Part shown: positions 49,655 through 60,105 of the stretch, piece by piece
Layout: the number at the start of each line of letters is the position of its first letter
Numbering within the stretch: position 1 is the stretch's first letter
Assembly (NCBI GenBank): GCA_963826115.1
Contig: CAWGVS010000005.1
Coordinates: 1,376,001 to 1,440,000 of the forward strand
Source: an uncultured Candidatus Rokubacteria bacterium
GTDB taxonomy: Bacteria; Methylomirabilota; Methylomirabilia; Rokubacteriales; DASRDR01
DNA: 64,000 nucleotides
Direction: 5' to 3'
Translations under genes and position numbers: made by a program
The notes under the pieces: generated by a model
What the model was told of the DNA's origin: nothing
The model's database searches: none
Seen by the model: the letters and a program-made list of their open reading frames with translations, nothing else

Positions 49655-51141
49655 CGGACACCTTCCAGCAACTCCTCCACGGGTTCGCCGTCGCGCTGAC
49701 GCCGGTCAACGTGCTCTGGGCGTTCGTCGGCTCCGTGCTCGGGACGGCGATCGGGGTCCTGCCCGGCATCGGGCCCGCCCTGACGATCGCGCTCCTCCTC
49801 CCCGTCACGACGAAGATGAACCCGACCGGCGCCTTCATCATGTTCGCCGGCATTCTCTACGGCGCGATGTACGGCGGGTCGACGACGTCGATCCTCCTCA
49901 ACACGCCCGGGGAGAGCGGCGCGATCATGACGGCCCTCGAGGGCAACCGCATGGCGCGGCGGGGCCGCGGCGCCGCCGCCCTCGCCACCGCGGCGATCGG
50001 CTCGTTCGTCGCCGGCACGCTTGCCACGATCGTGCTCACCTTCGCGGCGCCCTCGGTGGCGGAGCTCGCGTTCGTGTTCGGGCCCGCCGACTACTTCGCG
50101 CTCATGGTCGTCGCGTTCACGTCGGTGTCCTGCGTCATCGGCGCCTCGCGGGTCCGCGGCTTCGTGTCCCTGTTCCTCGGGCTGGCCCTCGGCGTCATGG
50201 GAATCGACCAGCAGACCGGCCAGGCGCGACTGACGTTCGGCTCGCCGGAGCTCCTCGACGGGATGGAGCTCGTCGTGGTGCTGGTGGGCCTCTTCGCGAT
50301 CGGCGAGACGATCTACGTGGCGAGCCGCTACGGCGGCGGCGAGCTCCTGCTGAATCCCCTGTCCGGCGGGGCGTGGATGACCCGCGAGGACTGGCAACGG
50401 TCGTGGAAGCCGTGGCTCCGCGGGACGCTCCTCGGCTTCCCGATCGGGGCGCTCCCCGCCGGCGGGTCGGAGATCCCGACGTTCCTCTCGTACATGATCG
50501 AGCGCCGCCTGTCGCCGAAGCGCGAGGAGTTCGGCCGCGAGGGCGCGATCGAGGGTGTGGCCGGGCCGGAGGCGGCGAACAACGCGGCGGCGGCCGGCGT
50601 GCTGGTGCCGCTCCTCACGCTGGGCCTGCCGACCTCGGCGACGGCCGCGATCCTCCTGGCGGCCTTCCAGAACTACGGGCTCCAGCCCGGCCCCTATCTC
50701 TTCCTGAACAACCCCGACCTCGTGTGGGGGCTCATCGCGTCGCTCTACGTCGGGAACGTCATGCTGCTCGTGCTGAACCTGCCGCTCGTCGGCATCTGGG
50801 TGCGCCTCCTCCTCATCCCGCGCCCCTGGCTCTACGGCGGCATCCTGGTGTTCGGCATCGTCGGGGTCTACGGGCTCGGCGCCTCGGAGCTCGACCTCGC
50901 CCTCATGGTGCTGATCGGCCTCGCGGGCTACGCGATGCGGGTCTACGACTTCCCGATCGCGCCCGCGCTCCTCGGCATGATCCTCGGCCCGATGGCGGAG
51001 ACACAGCTCCGCCGGGCGCTCGCGATCGGCCAGGGGTCTCCGTGGACGCTCGTGGAATCGCCGCTCTCGGCGACGCTCCTCGTCCTGGCGGGGGCGGTGC
51101 TGCTCCTCCCCACTCTCCTCCGGCGGCTCCGGCCCGCGTGA
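49651..51141 (+). CDS. tctA: Tripartite tricarboxylate transporter large permease
   Basis: [41 protein letters not shown]. Confidence 0.94.
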   Translation: MTDTFQQLLHGFAVALTPVNVLWAFVGSVLGTAIGVLPGIGPALTIALLLPVTTKMNPTGAFIMFAGILYGAMYGGSTTSILLNTPGESGAIMTALEGNRMARRGRGAAALATAAIGSFVAGTLATIVLTFAAPSVAELAFVFGPADYFALMVVAFTSVSCVIGASRVRGFVSLFLGLALGVMGIDQQTGQARLTFGSPELLDGMELVVVLVGLFAIGETIYVASRYGGGELLLNPLSGGAWMTREDWQRSWKPWLRGTLLGFPIGALPAGGSEIPTFLSYMIERRLSPKREEFGREGAIEGVAGPEAANNAAAAGVLVPLLTLGLPTSATAAILLAAFQNYGLQPGPYLFLNNPDLVWGLIASLYVGNVMLLVLNLPLVGIWVRLLLIPRPWLYGGILVFGIVGVYGLGASELDLALMVLIGLAGYAMRVYDFPIAPALLGMILGPMAETQLRRALAIGQGSPWTLVESPLSATLLVLAGAVLLLPTLLRRLRPA

Positions 51142-51158
51142 GGGACGGCGAGGCCAGC

Positions 51159-52751
51159 GTGTCGACCGTCGCCTACTTCTCGATGGAGTTCGGGCTCCAC
51201 GAGGAGTTCCCCTCGTACTCGGGGGGGTTGGGCGTCCTGGCCGGCGACTTCCTGAAGGGCGCCCACGACCTGGGGTTCCCCGTCGTCGGCGTGGGCCTCC
51301 GCTGGGCGGAGGGCTACACGACGCAGCGCCTGGACCCGGCGGGAGAGCCGGTCGACGAGTGGCACGAGCACCACCCGGACTTCCTGGATGACACCGGCGT
51401 ACGCGTCCGGGTCCGCGTCGCCGGGCGCAGCGTCGAGTGCCGCGTGTGGCGCGTGGGCCGCTACGCGATCGTGCCCCTCTACCTGCTCGAGCCCGTCGAC
51501 GCGCGGGACGAGTGGATCACGCGGCGCCTCTACGACCCCCGCCCCGACTGCCGCATCGCGCAGGAGATGCTCCTCGGCATCGGCGGGGCGCGCGCGCTGC
51601 GACTCCTCCACCCCGAGGTCGCCACCTTTCACTTCAACGAGGGCCACGCGGTCTTCGCCGGCGTCGAGCTGATCGCGGCCGGGATGGAGGCCGGCGAGAG
51701 CTTCGAGTCCGCCTGGCGCTCGGCCCGGGCCCGCGTGGTCTTCACGACGCACACGCCGGTGCCCGCCGGGAACGAGATCCACTCGCTCGCCGACATCCTC
51801 CGCCTCGGCGCGGGCTGCGAGCTGGTCGCCGCCGAGCTCCGCCAGCTGGGCGGGGACCCGTTCAACATGACGGCCGCGGGCCTCCGGCTCGCCCGGCGCG
51901 CGAACGCGGTGTCCGAGCGCCACGGCCAGACTGCGCGGGCGATGTGGGCCGACGTGCCCGACGCGGCGCCCATCATCGCCGTCACCAACGGCGTGCACGT
52001 CCCGACGTGGCAGGACCCCCGCGTGCCGGCGGCGCTCGGGAGCGACGAGGCGCTCGAGGCGCTCCACCGGGAGCGGAAGGCCGAGCTCCTGGCCGCGATC
52101 GAGCGGCGCACGGGCGTCCGGCTCGCCCCCGACGTCGTGCTCGTCGCGGTGGCGCGGCGGGCCGCCACCTACAAGCGGCCCGACCTCGTGCTCCGCGACA
52201 TCGAGCGGGTCGGACGACTCCTCAAGGGGCGACAGCTTCAGCTGGTCTTTGCCGGCAAGGCGCACCCGGCGGACCGGGCGGGCAAGGCCATGGTGACCCG
52301 CCTGGTCCGGACCATCCGGCAGTGGCCGGACGCCGCCGTCTTCCTCGAGAACTACGACATGGGCCTCGCCCGCCTCCTGACGCGCGGCGCCGACGTGTGG
52401 CTCAACACGCCGCGACCGCCGCTCGAGGCCAGCGGCACCTCGGGGATGAAGGCCGCGCTGAACGGCGTGCTCCACTGCTCGACGCTCGACGGCTGGTGGC
52501 CCGAGGGCTGCGAGCACGGTGTGACGGGATGGGCCATCGGAGACGGCGCGGAAGGCGAAGCGCCCGAGGAGCTCGACCTCCACGACCACGCCGCGCTCCT
52601 CCGCATCGTCGAGGACGAGGTCCTGCCCGCCTACGCGGACCGTCCGCGCTGGCTCGCGATGATGCGGGCCTCGGTCCGGATGGCCGCGACGCGGTTCTCC
52701 GCCGAGCGCATGGTCCGCGACTACTTCGACCGCCTCTACGCGGACGCCTGA
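51159..52751 (+). CDS. Compact alpha-glucan phosphorylase
   Basis: AYFSMEFG, YSGGLGVLAGD, HFNEGH, FTTHTPV, TNGVH, AGKAHP, EASGTSGMK PLP site; start GTG 51159 or 51138. Confidence 0.92.
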   Translation: MSTVAYFSMEFGLHEEFPSYSGGLGVLAGDFLKGAHDLGFPVVGVGLRWAEGYTTQRLDPAGEPVDEWHEHHPDFLDDTGVRVRVRVAGRSVECRVWRVGRYAIVPLYLLEPVDARDEWITRRLYDPRPDCRIAQEMLLGIGGARALRLLHPEVATFHFNEGHAVFAGVELIAAGMEAGESFESAWRSARARVVFTTHTPVPAGNEIHSLADILRLGAGCELVAAELRQLGGDPFNMTAAGLRLARRANAVSERHGQTARAMWADVPDAAPIIAVTNGVHVPTWQDPRVPAALGSDEALEALHRERKAELLAAIERRTGVRLAPDVVLVAVARRAATYKRPDLVLRDIERVGRLLKGRQLQLVFAGKAHPADRAGKAMVTRLVRTIRQWPDAAVFLENYDMGLARLLTRGADVWLNTPRPPLEASGTSGMKAALNGVLHCSTLDGWWPEGCEHGVTGWAIGDGAEGEAPEELDLHDHAALLRIVEDEVLPAYADRPRWLAMMRASVRMAATRFSAERMVRDYFDRLYADA

Positions 52752-52781
52752 AGGCGTCATCCGCGGCCGCGTGACTCCGCC

Positions 52782-53573
52782 GTGACCGCGCGGGACCTCG
52801 ACCGGGCGCTCCGCCAGGCCTTCCGCTTCGAGGCCGCTGACCTCGCCCTGAACCGCGAGGGCCGCCTGTCTCCGCGCCAGGCGGCGCTCCTCCAGGCGGG
52901 CCGGACGGGCATGTGGCTGTCCCTCGGGGTCTTCGTGGCCGTCATGCTGGGCGCCGTCGGATTCGTGGCCTTCCAGGACGCGCGGCTCGGGACGCCGGGC
53001 GGCGGCGCGCGCGGCACGCTGGCCGTGGTGGCCGGCGTCGCGGTGGCGGTGATCGCGATCGGATATCTGGCGAGCCGGAAGCACCTGTCGGCGGCAGGCT
53101 CTCGCCGGCTCCAAGTCGCCGAGGGGACGGTCGAGACCGTATCGGAGCGCGAGGGAGACTGCCGGGTCCGCATCGGCGGCACCGCACTCCGTCTGTCGGG
53201 TCCGGACACGCTCGAGGCCTTCAGCCAGGGCGAGGCGTATCGCGTCTACTACCTGGCCGGCCCCGTGGCGCTGGTGCTGTCCGGCGAGGCGCTGTCCGGC
53301 CCCGCGTCGAACGAGGACCGCGCGACCGCGGCGCGCGCCGACGCGGCGGAACGGGAGACGGCAGCCGCCCAGATGTCCGTGGTCCGCCAAGGCTACGTGA
53401 TCGTGGTGCTGATCGGCGTCCTCGCTCTCGCGATCCCGTTCGCCGGATCCTACGTCGGGAATCTGCCGGCGCGCGGCCGCCCGATGGCGTGGCTGGCCCT
53501 CCTCGCGATCGCGGTCGGGTTCGCCTGGTTCGCGATCGCCTGGCTCACCCGCGGGCGTCGCCGCGGGTCCTGA
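52782..53573 (+). CDS. Hypothetical membrane protein
   Basis: Four hydrophobic segments; F...DL..NR.GRLS.RQ N-terminal pattern. Confidence 0.65.
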   Translation: MTARDLDRALRQAFRFEAADLALNREGRLSPRQAALLQAGRTGMWLSLGVFVAVMLGAVGFVAFQDARLGTPGGGARGTLAVVAGVAVAVIAIGYLASRKHLSAAGSRRLQVAEGTVETVSEREGDCRVRIGGTALRLSGPDTLEAFSQGEAYRVYYLAGPVALVLSGEALSGPASNEDRATAARADAAERETAAAQMSVVRQGYVIVVLIGVLALAIPFAGSYVGNLPARGRPMAWLALLAIAVGFAWFAIAWLTRGRRRGS

Positions 53574-53576
53574 CCC

Positions 53577-54596
53577 CTAGCCCCGGCGGCCCGTGAACGC
53601 GAACGTGATGTCGGGCACGTGGGGCCGGACCGTCACGTCGCCGAAGCCGGCGTCGGTCATCGCCCGCTCGATCTCGCCCACGGTGTGGGGGTGCGAGGTC
53701 GCCGAGATGGCCAGGTTGGCGAAGTACCAGAGGGCCGCGTTGCGCGGTCCCGGGCGGTCGCCGTGGAGCGCGAAATCGTGGATGATCAGCCCCCCGCCCG
53801 CCGGGAGGTACGCGTGGGCGCGCGCCAGGAGGTCCCGCAGCGTCGCGGGCCCGTACGAGCTCACGACGTAGGACAGGAGGATGAGGTCCGCGCCGCCGGG
53901 CCAGGCGCCGCGGACGACGTCGCCCGCCACGCCGCGGATCCGGCCGCCGAGACCCGCCTCCGCCACGATCTTCCGCGAGACCTCGATCACCGAGGGATGG
54001 TCGACGACGATCGCGGACAGTCCGGCGTGGCGCCGCGCCATCTCGATGGCGAAGGCGCCCGAGCCGCCCCCGAGGTCGAGCAAGCACGTGAAGCGCGACA
54101 CGTCGTGGGTTTTGGCGAGGAGGTAGGCTGGCCCGGCCGAGCCCGCGTGCTGGCCCCGGATGAACGCCTCGGCCCGTGCCGGATCGTCGAGGAACCCCGC
54201 GTAGGTCTGGTCGACCGGCTCGCCCCGGACGACGGCCCGGGCGGCGGGGAGCTGCGCGTAGAGCGTGCCGGCGATCTGGCGCAGGTAGTACTCGCCGACG
54301 TAGCCCCGGGCGTCACGCACGAGGTACCGACCGGCCGCCGGGCTGTTCCGGTAGAGGTCTCCGTCCCGCGCGACGAGGTCCATCCCCGCGCACGCCTCGA
54401 GGAGCGCGCGGAGAAGACGCGGCTCCGAGTTGAGCCGGCTCGCCAGCGTCTCGAGCGTCGAGGGCCCCGCCGCCAGCTCCGTGAAGAGCCCGATCTCCAG
54501 GGCGGCGAACAGGGCCTGAGAGCCCATGAAGCCGTAGGCGACCGACGACACGGCGGTGACGCCGTCGTCCCGGCGGGCGGCGGACGGCTCGCTCAT
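53577..54596 (-). CDS. O-methyltransferase family protein (dimerisation + SAM domains)
   Basis: SQALFAALEIGLF dimerisation helix, LDLGGGSG, AGD, L.AGG.LIIHD. Confidence 0.87.
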   Translation of the reverse strand: MSEPSAARRDDGVTAVSSVAYGFMGSQALFAALEIGLFTELAAGPSTLETLASRLNSEPRLLRALLEACAGMDLVARDGDLYRNSPAAGRYLVRDARGYVGEYYLRQIAGTLYAQLPAARAVVRGEPVDQTYAGFLDDPARAEAFIRGQHAGSAGPAYLLAKTHDVSRFTCLLDLGGGSGAFAIEMARRHAGLSAIVVDHPSVIEVSRKIVAEAGLGGRIRGVAGDVVRGAWPGGADLILLSYVVSSYGPATLRDLLARAHAYLPAGGGLIIHDFALHGDRPGPRNAALWYFANLAISATSHPHTVGEIERAMTDAGFGDVTVRPHVPDITFAFTGRRG

Positions 54597-55585
54597 GGCC
54601 GGCGCGCCATGTCGCGCCAGCAGGTCTCGAGGCGGGCACGGGCCTCGGGCGAGAACGGCCCCTTCGCCACCGCAGCCGCGGCGCCCTCGAGATGCTCGAG
54701 GCTCGAGTAGCCGAGGAGCACGGTCGACACGGCGGTCGACCCGAGCGGGAACCTGAGCGCCGCCTCCACCAGGCTCCCGACGTGCCCCTCGTCCACCAGG
54801 ACCCGGAATGCCCGTGCGCGGCCGACGTCGGTCGCATAGTCGGGGCCCGAGGCGATCGGATCGACCTCCGGAACGGCGATCGGGTGCCGCGCGAGCTCGC
54901 CCGAGAGCGCGCCGGCGGCGAGCACGCGGATCACGACCACCCCCATCCGCTGCGCGCGCGTGTGATCGAGGAGGCGGCCGAAGTCCTGACCGGGGAAGCC
55001 CCTCGGCACGGTGAATCCGGGGCTCGGGTTCAGCATGTTGAAGGGCACCTGGGCCGACTCCACCGCGCCGGAATCGAGCACCCGGTGGATCGCCGGCGTG
55101 TCGCCGATGGCGGTCATCCCGACGAAGCCGATCTTTCCCGCCCGGCGGAGGTTCTCGAACGCCGGCAGGATCCGCTCCAGGACCTCGTCCGCTCCCGGCT
55201 GGCCGTCAGCGCGCGCCAGGCGCACCGGATCGTGGAGCTGGAGGAGGTCGACCCGGTCACGCCGGAGCCGCCGGAGGCTCGTCTCGAGGGAGCGGGTCAC
55301 CGCCTCGGCCGGATCGCCGAGCCCGCCCGGGCCTACGCGCACCTTCGTCGCGACGAGGCACTGCGCCCGGACGGCCTCGAGGGCCTCACCCAGGTGCTCC
55401 TCGGACACGCCGTCCCCGTAGAGGGGCGCGGTGTCGAAGAAGTTCACGCCGAGGTCGAGGGCCCGGGCCACCGCCCGCTCGCGCTCGGCCCGGGTGCCTC
55501 GGATCATCAGTCCTCCGACGTTGCCACATCCGAAACCCAACACCGACACGCGGAGCTTGGTCCGGCCCAGCACGCGATACTCCAT
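54593..55585 (-). CDS. Aldo/keto reductase
   Basis: LGRT.L.VS.LGFG, DTAPLYG.G.SE, ATK, SL.RL..D.VDLLQLH. Confidence 0.92.
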   Translation of the reverse strand: MEYRVLGRTKLRVSVLGFGCGNVGGLMIRGTRAERERAVARALDLGVNFFDTAPLYGDGVSEEHLGEALEAVRAQCLVATKVRVGPGGLGDPAEAVTRSLETSLRRLRRDRVDLLQLHDPVRLARADGQPGADEVLERILPAFENLRRAGKIGFVGMTAIGDTPAIHRVLDSGAVESAQVPFNMLNPSPGFTVPRGFPGQDFGRLLDHTRAQRMGVVVIRVLAAGALSGELARHPIAVPEVDPIASGPDYATDVGRARAFRVLVDEGHVGSLVEAALRFPLGSTAVSTVLLGYSSLEHLEGAAAAVAKGPFSPEARARLETCWRDMARRP

Positions 55586-55636
55586 CGACGTCTCTCCTGT
55601 ATGTCTCGGGTGGAAGCGCGGCCGACGGCGGCGGCG

Positions 55637-56665
55637 TCAGCTCGATGCGATCAGCTTCTCCAGCCGCTCGAGCTGGTCGCCCGTCCCCAGCGCGAGCAAG
55701 CGGTCGCCGGCCGCGAGCGTGAGGTCCGGGGGCGGGTTCGGGATCGGCGCGCCCTCCCGGAGCACCGCGAGCACCGAGGCACCCGTCGCCTGCCGCACCG
55801 AAAGCGCCTCGAGCGTGCGGCCGATCGCCGTGCTCGTGGGCGGCAGCGCGATGTCTTCGATGGCCAGCGCCTCCTGGCCTCGCTTGAGCGCCGTCTCGAA
55901 GAAGTCGACGACGGCCGGGCTCAGGATCAGGTGCGCCAGGCGGTGGCCGCCGATCGCGTAGGGGCTGATGGCCCGATCGGCCCCGGCCCGGAGGAGCTTG
56001 GGGACGCTGGCCTCGTCCGCGGCGCGCGCGACGATCCGGAGCGACGGGTTGAGGACGCGCGCCGACAGCACGATGTACATGTTGGTGGCATCGTTGGCCG
56101 TGGTCGCGATGAGGCCCCGGGCCCGGCGCACGCCGGCTCGCTCCAGGACGGCGTCCTCGGTGGCGTCGCCCGCCAGGTGGACGTAGCCCCGCTCCTCGGC
56201 GAAGCGCGCCGCCGCCGTGCCCGGATCGAGCGCCACGAACGACGTGCCGGCCTCGGCCAGCTCCGTCGCCGCCTGCCGCCCGACCCGCCCCAGTCCCGCC
56301 ACGATGACGTGCCCCGAGAGCTCCGCGATGCGCCGCTCCATCCTGCGCCTCCCCCGGATCCCGGTCACGCCGCTCGCGACCAGGTGGTCGAGCACCACGC
56401 TGAACGTGTAGAAGAAGGCCCCGATCCCCGCCAGCGCGATCGCGATGGTGAACACGCGACCGAGCCCGTCGAGCGGCTTCACCTCGCCGTATCCGATGGT
56501 GGTGATGGTGGTGAAGGTCATGAACACCGCGTCGAGCCACGTGCCGCCGATGGCCGACCACAGCCAGTGGTAGCCGAGACTGCCGACGGCCATGACGCTG
56601 ACGAGGAGCGACAGCGGTAGCACGAGGCGCGTCCGGAGCGACGCGGGGCTCTGGCCATCTCCCAT
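55637..56665 (-). CDS. Potassium channel protein with RCK (TrkA-N/TrkA-C) domains
   Basis: TITTIGYGE selectivity filter, G.GRVG, GDAT, L.RAGAD..ISPY, NP...L..GD.L. Confidence 0.92.
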   Translation of the reverse strand: MGDGQSPASLRTRLVLPLSLLVSVMAVGSLGYHWLWSAIGGTWLDAVFMTFTTITTIGYGEVKPLDGLGRVFTIAIALAGIGAFFYTFSVVLDHLVASGVTGIRGRRRMERRIAELSGHVIVAGLGRVGRQAATELAEAGTSFVALDPGTAAARFAEERGYVHLAGDATEDAVLERAGVRRARGLIATTANDATNMYIVLSARVLNPSLRIVARAADEASVPKLLRAGADRAISPYAIGGHRLAHLILSPAVVDFFETALKRGQEALAIEDIALPPTSTAIGRTLEALSVRQATGASVLAVLREGAPIPNPPPDLTLAAGDRLLALGTGDQLERLEKLIASS

Positions 56666-56774
56666 AGGGTCTCTCGGCGCCTCCGGCGCGATTATACTGG
56701 CCGAGGCGCCGGGCCGGCGGGCGGCCGTCGGCGGCGCGCCTCGGCTCGCACCCAGGGTTCCGGGAGGTCTCGTC

Positions 56775-57767
56775 ATGATCGACGGCTGCTCGGGGGGCGA
56801 CGACGCCCTCTTCGACATCCAGAAGGTGGCGGACGGCGTCCACATCGCGGTGGCCGCGCGCGTCTACAAGGTCAACTGCAACACCGCGCTGATCGAGACG
56901 GACGACGGCGTGCTCGTCGTCGACTCCCACTCCAAGCCCTCCGCCGCCCGCGTCGTGATCGAGCGGCTCCGCGACATCACGCCGAAGCCCGTCCGGTACG
57001 TCGTCAACACGCACTTCCACTGGGACCACTGGCACGGCAACGAGGCGTACCCGTCGGCCTACGGCCACGTCGAGGTGATCACGAACGAGGTCACCCGCGA
57101 GGCCATGGTCCGGAAGGGTCTGAAACGCATCCAGGACCACGTGCGCCAGATGCCGGGCGAGATCGAGACCCTGAAGGCGCAGCTCGCCGCCGCGACGAGC
57201 CCCGACCAGCGGGCCGAGCTCGGCTCGAACCTCCGTCAGGCCGAGCAGTATCTCGCCGAGGTCCGGGCCCTCCGGCCGGCCCTGCCGACCGTGGTGTTCG
57301 AGCGGGCGATGCGCATCGTCCGGAAGGACCGCGAGATCCACCTGCTCTTCCTCGGCCGCGCCCACACCGAGGGCGACGTCTTCGTCTACCTGCCGAAGGA
57401 GAAGGTGGTCGTGACCGGCGACGCCGTGATCGGCTGGACGCCCTTCATGGGCGACGGCTATCCCCAGGACTGGGGGGAGACGCTCCGCCGGCTGGAGCAG
57501 CTCGATTTCGACCGGATGATCCTCGGCCACGGCCAGGTGGCCGGCCGCGACTGGCTCCGCACGTTCCGGAGCTACGTGGAGGACATGGTCGAGGCGGTGC
57601 GGCGCGAGGTGTGGAACGGCGCCACGCTCGACGAGACGAAGGAGCGCGTGCGCGACGCGCTGGCGCCGAAGTACGAGGTCGCGCTCGCGCGCGACGGCGG
57701 AAACTACCGCCCGTGGCGCACGCTCGTCCTCCTCAACATCGAGCGGGCCTACCAGATGGTCAGCTGA
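56775..57767 (+). CDS. Metallo-beta-lactamase fold hydrolase
   Basis: NTHFHWDHWHGN, AHTEGD, TGD, GHG; GGAGG RBS. Confidence 0.9.
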   Translation: MIDGCSGGDDALFDIQKVADGVHIAVAARVYKVNCNTALIETDDGVLVVDSHSKPSAARVVIERLRDITPKPVRYVVNTHFHWDHWHGNEAYPSAYGHVEVITNEVTREAMVRKGLKRIQDHVRQMPGEIETLKAQLAAATSPDQRAELGSNLRQAEQYLAEVRALRPALPTVVFERAMRIVRKDREIHLLFLGRAHTEGDVFVYLPKEKVVVTGDAVIGWTPFMGDGYPQDWGETLRRLEQLDFDRMILGHGQVAGRDWLRTFRSYVEDMVEAVRREVWNGATLDETKERVRDALAPKYEVALARDGGNYRPWRTLVLLNIERAYQMVS

Positions 57768-57768
57768 G

Positions 57769-59169
57769 GTGGCGACGGGCGACCCGCCTCGATCGCCCGA
57801 GGCGGACGCAACGGCCGAATCGGGCCGGGCCGGGACGAGTCGTCGAGGAGGCGGCGCGCCCCCCGGTTCCCGCCGCCGGCCGCTCCTCTTCTGGGTCGTC
57901 GCCCTCGCCGTCTGGGGCCTCGCGGCCGGGTCGGCCGGGACCCTGCCCTACAGGTTCGCGCGGGTCGGCGGCCCGTTGCCGGCGGACTTCGCCCGGGATT
58001 TCATCGTGGCCTCGGTGCGACCGGTCAGCGGCGCCGTCTACGATCCCGCCCCCGAGCTCGCGCGGTGGCACCTTGCGTTGCTCGGCTTGACCGAGGGCCC
58101 GACCGGCGGGCCCTTCTACGCCCACCCGCCCGCCGCCGCGCTCCTGGTGGCGCCGCTCGTCCCGCTCGGCTTTCGCGCCGCCGCGCTCACCTGGCTGGCC
58201 CTGTCCATCGGACTCGTCGCGGTGCTGGCCACGGTCCTCGCGGACGTGCTGACCGACGCCCGCGGCGTCCGGCGCGGCATCGCGGCCGCCCTCGCCTTCG
58301 TCTTCGTGGCGCTCTGGCCCCCGGTTCTCTACAACATCGAAAAGGGTCAGTGGTCGCTCATGCTGGCGGCGCTGATGGCGTTGGGCTGGCGCGGTCTCGC
58401 CGCGGGGCGGCCCGGCTGGGCCGGGGCCTCGATGGGCCTCGCCTGCCTGTTCAAGCTCGCGCCGGCAACCGTGCTCCCCTACCTCGCGTTCCGGCGCCCG
58501 CGCGCGGCCGTCGCCTTCGTCGCCACGATCGCCGCGCTGGCCGTGGGCTCGGTGGCCGCCGTCGGTCTCGAGCCCTGGCGCGCCTTCTACCGCCAGGCGC
58601 CCGCGAACGTCGCCTTCTGGCAGGACCGCCTCGAGAACGCCGTATCCGTCATGAGCCTGATCACGAAGCTGCTCGTCGAGGGCCGCCACACGCGGCCTCT
58701 TCTCGACGCGCCGATGACGGCGGGGCTGCTCACGGGGCTCGTCACCGCCGCCCTGGTCGGCGCCTCGGTCCTTCTGACCTGGCGCGCGCGCGCGGAGACC
58801 GGGAGCGCCGTGGACGGCGCCCTGTTCGCGCTGTGGTGCGCGCTGGGCGCGCTGCTGAACCCGCTCGCGTGGCTCCACTCCTCGATCCTGCTCTTGTTGC
58901 CGGCGGCTCTCGTCCTTCGCGCGCTGGCAGACCCGGCACTGCCCGTGCGCGGATCGGCGCGGCTCGCGTGCGAGGCCACCGTCGTGGTCGGCGTCGCGCT
59001 GCTGTCGCTGCCGAAGGAGACGCTCTACTATCTTGCCTGGCCGGTGCCGGTCGCTCCCGGGCGAGTCCTCGCGGTCATCGGTCTCCCCTGCTACGGCGCG
59101 CTCGCCATATTCGGCGCGGCCGCATTCGTGGCGGGGCGAGGAGCACCCGGCGCGCCGCGGTCCCGCTAG
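57769..59169 (+). CDS. GT87/DUF2029-like polytopic membrane glycosyltransferase
   Basis: DF.RD, YAHPP...L..PL, GQ, FKL.P, NP..W.H motifs and many TM helices. Confidence 0.75.
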   Translation: MATGDPPRSPEADATAESGRAGTSRRGGGAPPGSRRRPLLFWVVALAVWGLAAGSAGTLPYRFARVGGPLPADFARDFIVASVRPVSGAVYDPAPELARWHLALLGLTEGPTGGPFYAHPPAAALLVAPLVPLGFRAAALTWLALSIGLVAVLATVLADVLTDARGVRRGIAAALAFVFVALWPPVLYNIEKGQWSLMLAALMALGWRGLAAGRPGWAGASMGLACLFKLAPATVLPYLAFRRPRAAVAFVATIAALAVGSVAAVGLEPWRAFYRQAPANVAFWQDRLENAVSVMSLITKLLVEGRHTRPLLDAPMTAGLLTGLVTAALVGASVLLTWRARAETGSAVDGALFALWCALGALLNPLAWLHSSILLLLPAALVLRALADPALPVRGSARLACEATVVVGVALLSLPKETLYYLAWPVPVAPGRVLAVIGLPCYGALAIFGAAAFVAGRGAPGAPRSR

Positions 59170-59183
59170 ACGAGCGGGCCGAT

Positions 59184-60086
59184 TCAGTCCGGGCTCGAGC
59201 CGGGGATCGGCTGGGCGGCGGCCACCGCGAACTGGAAGACCACGTTCGCGGCGAGGATGCTCGACTGGGCCCGGCTGTCGGTCATCGGGTTGAGCTCGTT
59301 CAGAGCGAAGCCGCGCACGGACGGCGCCAGCGCGACCACCAGGTCCAGGAGGTCGCGGCTCGTGAGCCCACCGGGCTCGTGCCACCCGACCCCGGGCGCG
59401 TGGGCGGGGTCGAGGACGTCCAGGTCCACGCTCAGGAACACGTGGTCGGCGCCCGCGACCACCTCTCGGATCCGCGCGAGCGTCCAGTCGAGACCACGCC
59501 GGGCCATGATCGCCGCCGGCAGCTCGGTCAGCCCGATCTGGTCGATGAAGCGCTTGGAGCTCGGGAAGTTGAAGCTCCGCGTCCCCACCTGCACCGAGTG
59601 CCGCGCGCTGACGCGCGGAAGCTCGAGGGCGCGCCGCATCCCGCTCGACTGGCTGAACCGGCCCTGCGCGGGCGACTCGTCGAGGAGGTCCAGGTGGGCG
59701 TCGAGGTGCACGATCCCCACCGTGCCCGCCACCGCGTCGTGGACGCCCGCCACGGCGGGGAACAGGATCGAGTCGTCTCCGCCGATCACGGCGGGAACCA
59801 GCCGGCCGGCGGCCACCTCGGCGGTCTTCGCCCGCACCGCGGCGAGGGTCGCCACGAGGTCGTGCGGCACGATCGCCGCGTCGCCCGCGTCGATCAGCTG
59901 CTCCGGCCGCCACGGCACGACGCGGTCCTGGTCGACCCAGTAGATGTGGCCGTCCTGGACGCGCATCCGCATCCACGCGAGGTGCCGGCGGACCTCGTCG
60001 GGCGCGTAGCGCGCGCCGGGCCAGCCGAGGGTCGCGGCGCCGTCGTACGGGGCGCCGACGAGGGCGATCACCGTGCCGGATGCCAT
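59184..60086 (-). CDS. Arginase/agmatinase-family ureohydrolase (divergent)
   Basis: GARYAP..VR, GGDD, DAHLD, SVDLDVLD, EPGG, ELNP. Confidence 0.87.
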   Translation of the reverse strand: MASGTVIALVGAPYDGAATLGWPGARYAPDEVRRHLAWMRMRVQDGHIYWVDQDRVVPWRPEQLIDAGDAAIVPHDLVATLAAVRAKTAEVAAGRLVPAVIGGDDSILFPAVAGVHDAVAGTVGIVHLDAHLDLLDESPAQGRFSQSSGMRRALELPRVSARHSVQVGTRSFNFPSSKRFIDQIGLTELPAAIMARRGLDWTLARIREVVAGADHVFLSVDLDVLDPAHAPGVGWHEPGGLTSRDLLDLVVALAPSVRGFALNELNPMTDSRAQSSILAANVVFQFAVAAAQPIPGSSPD

Positions 60087-60105
60087 CGGCTCCCTTCTCT
60101 CTCCC

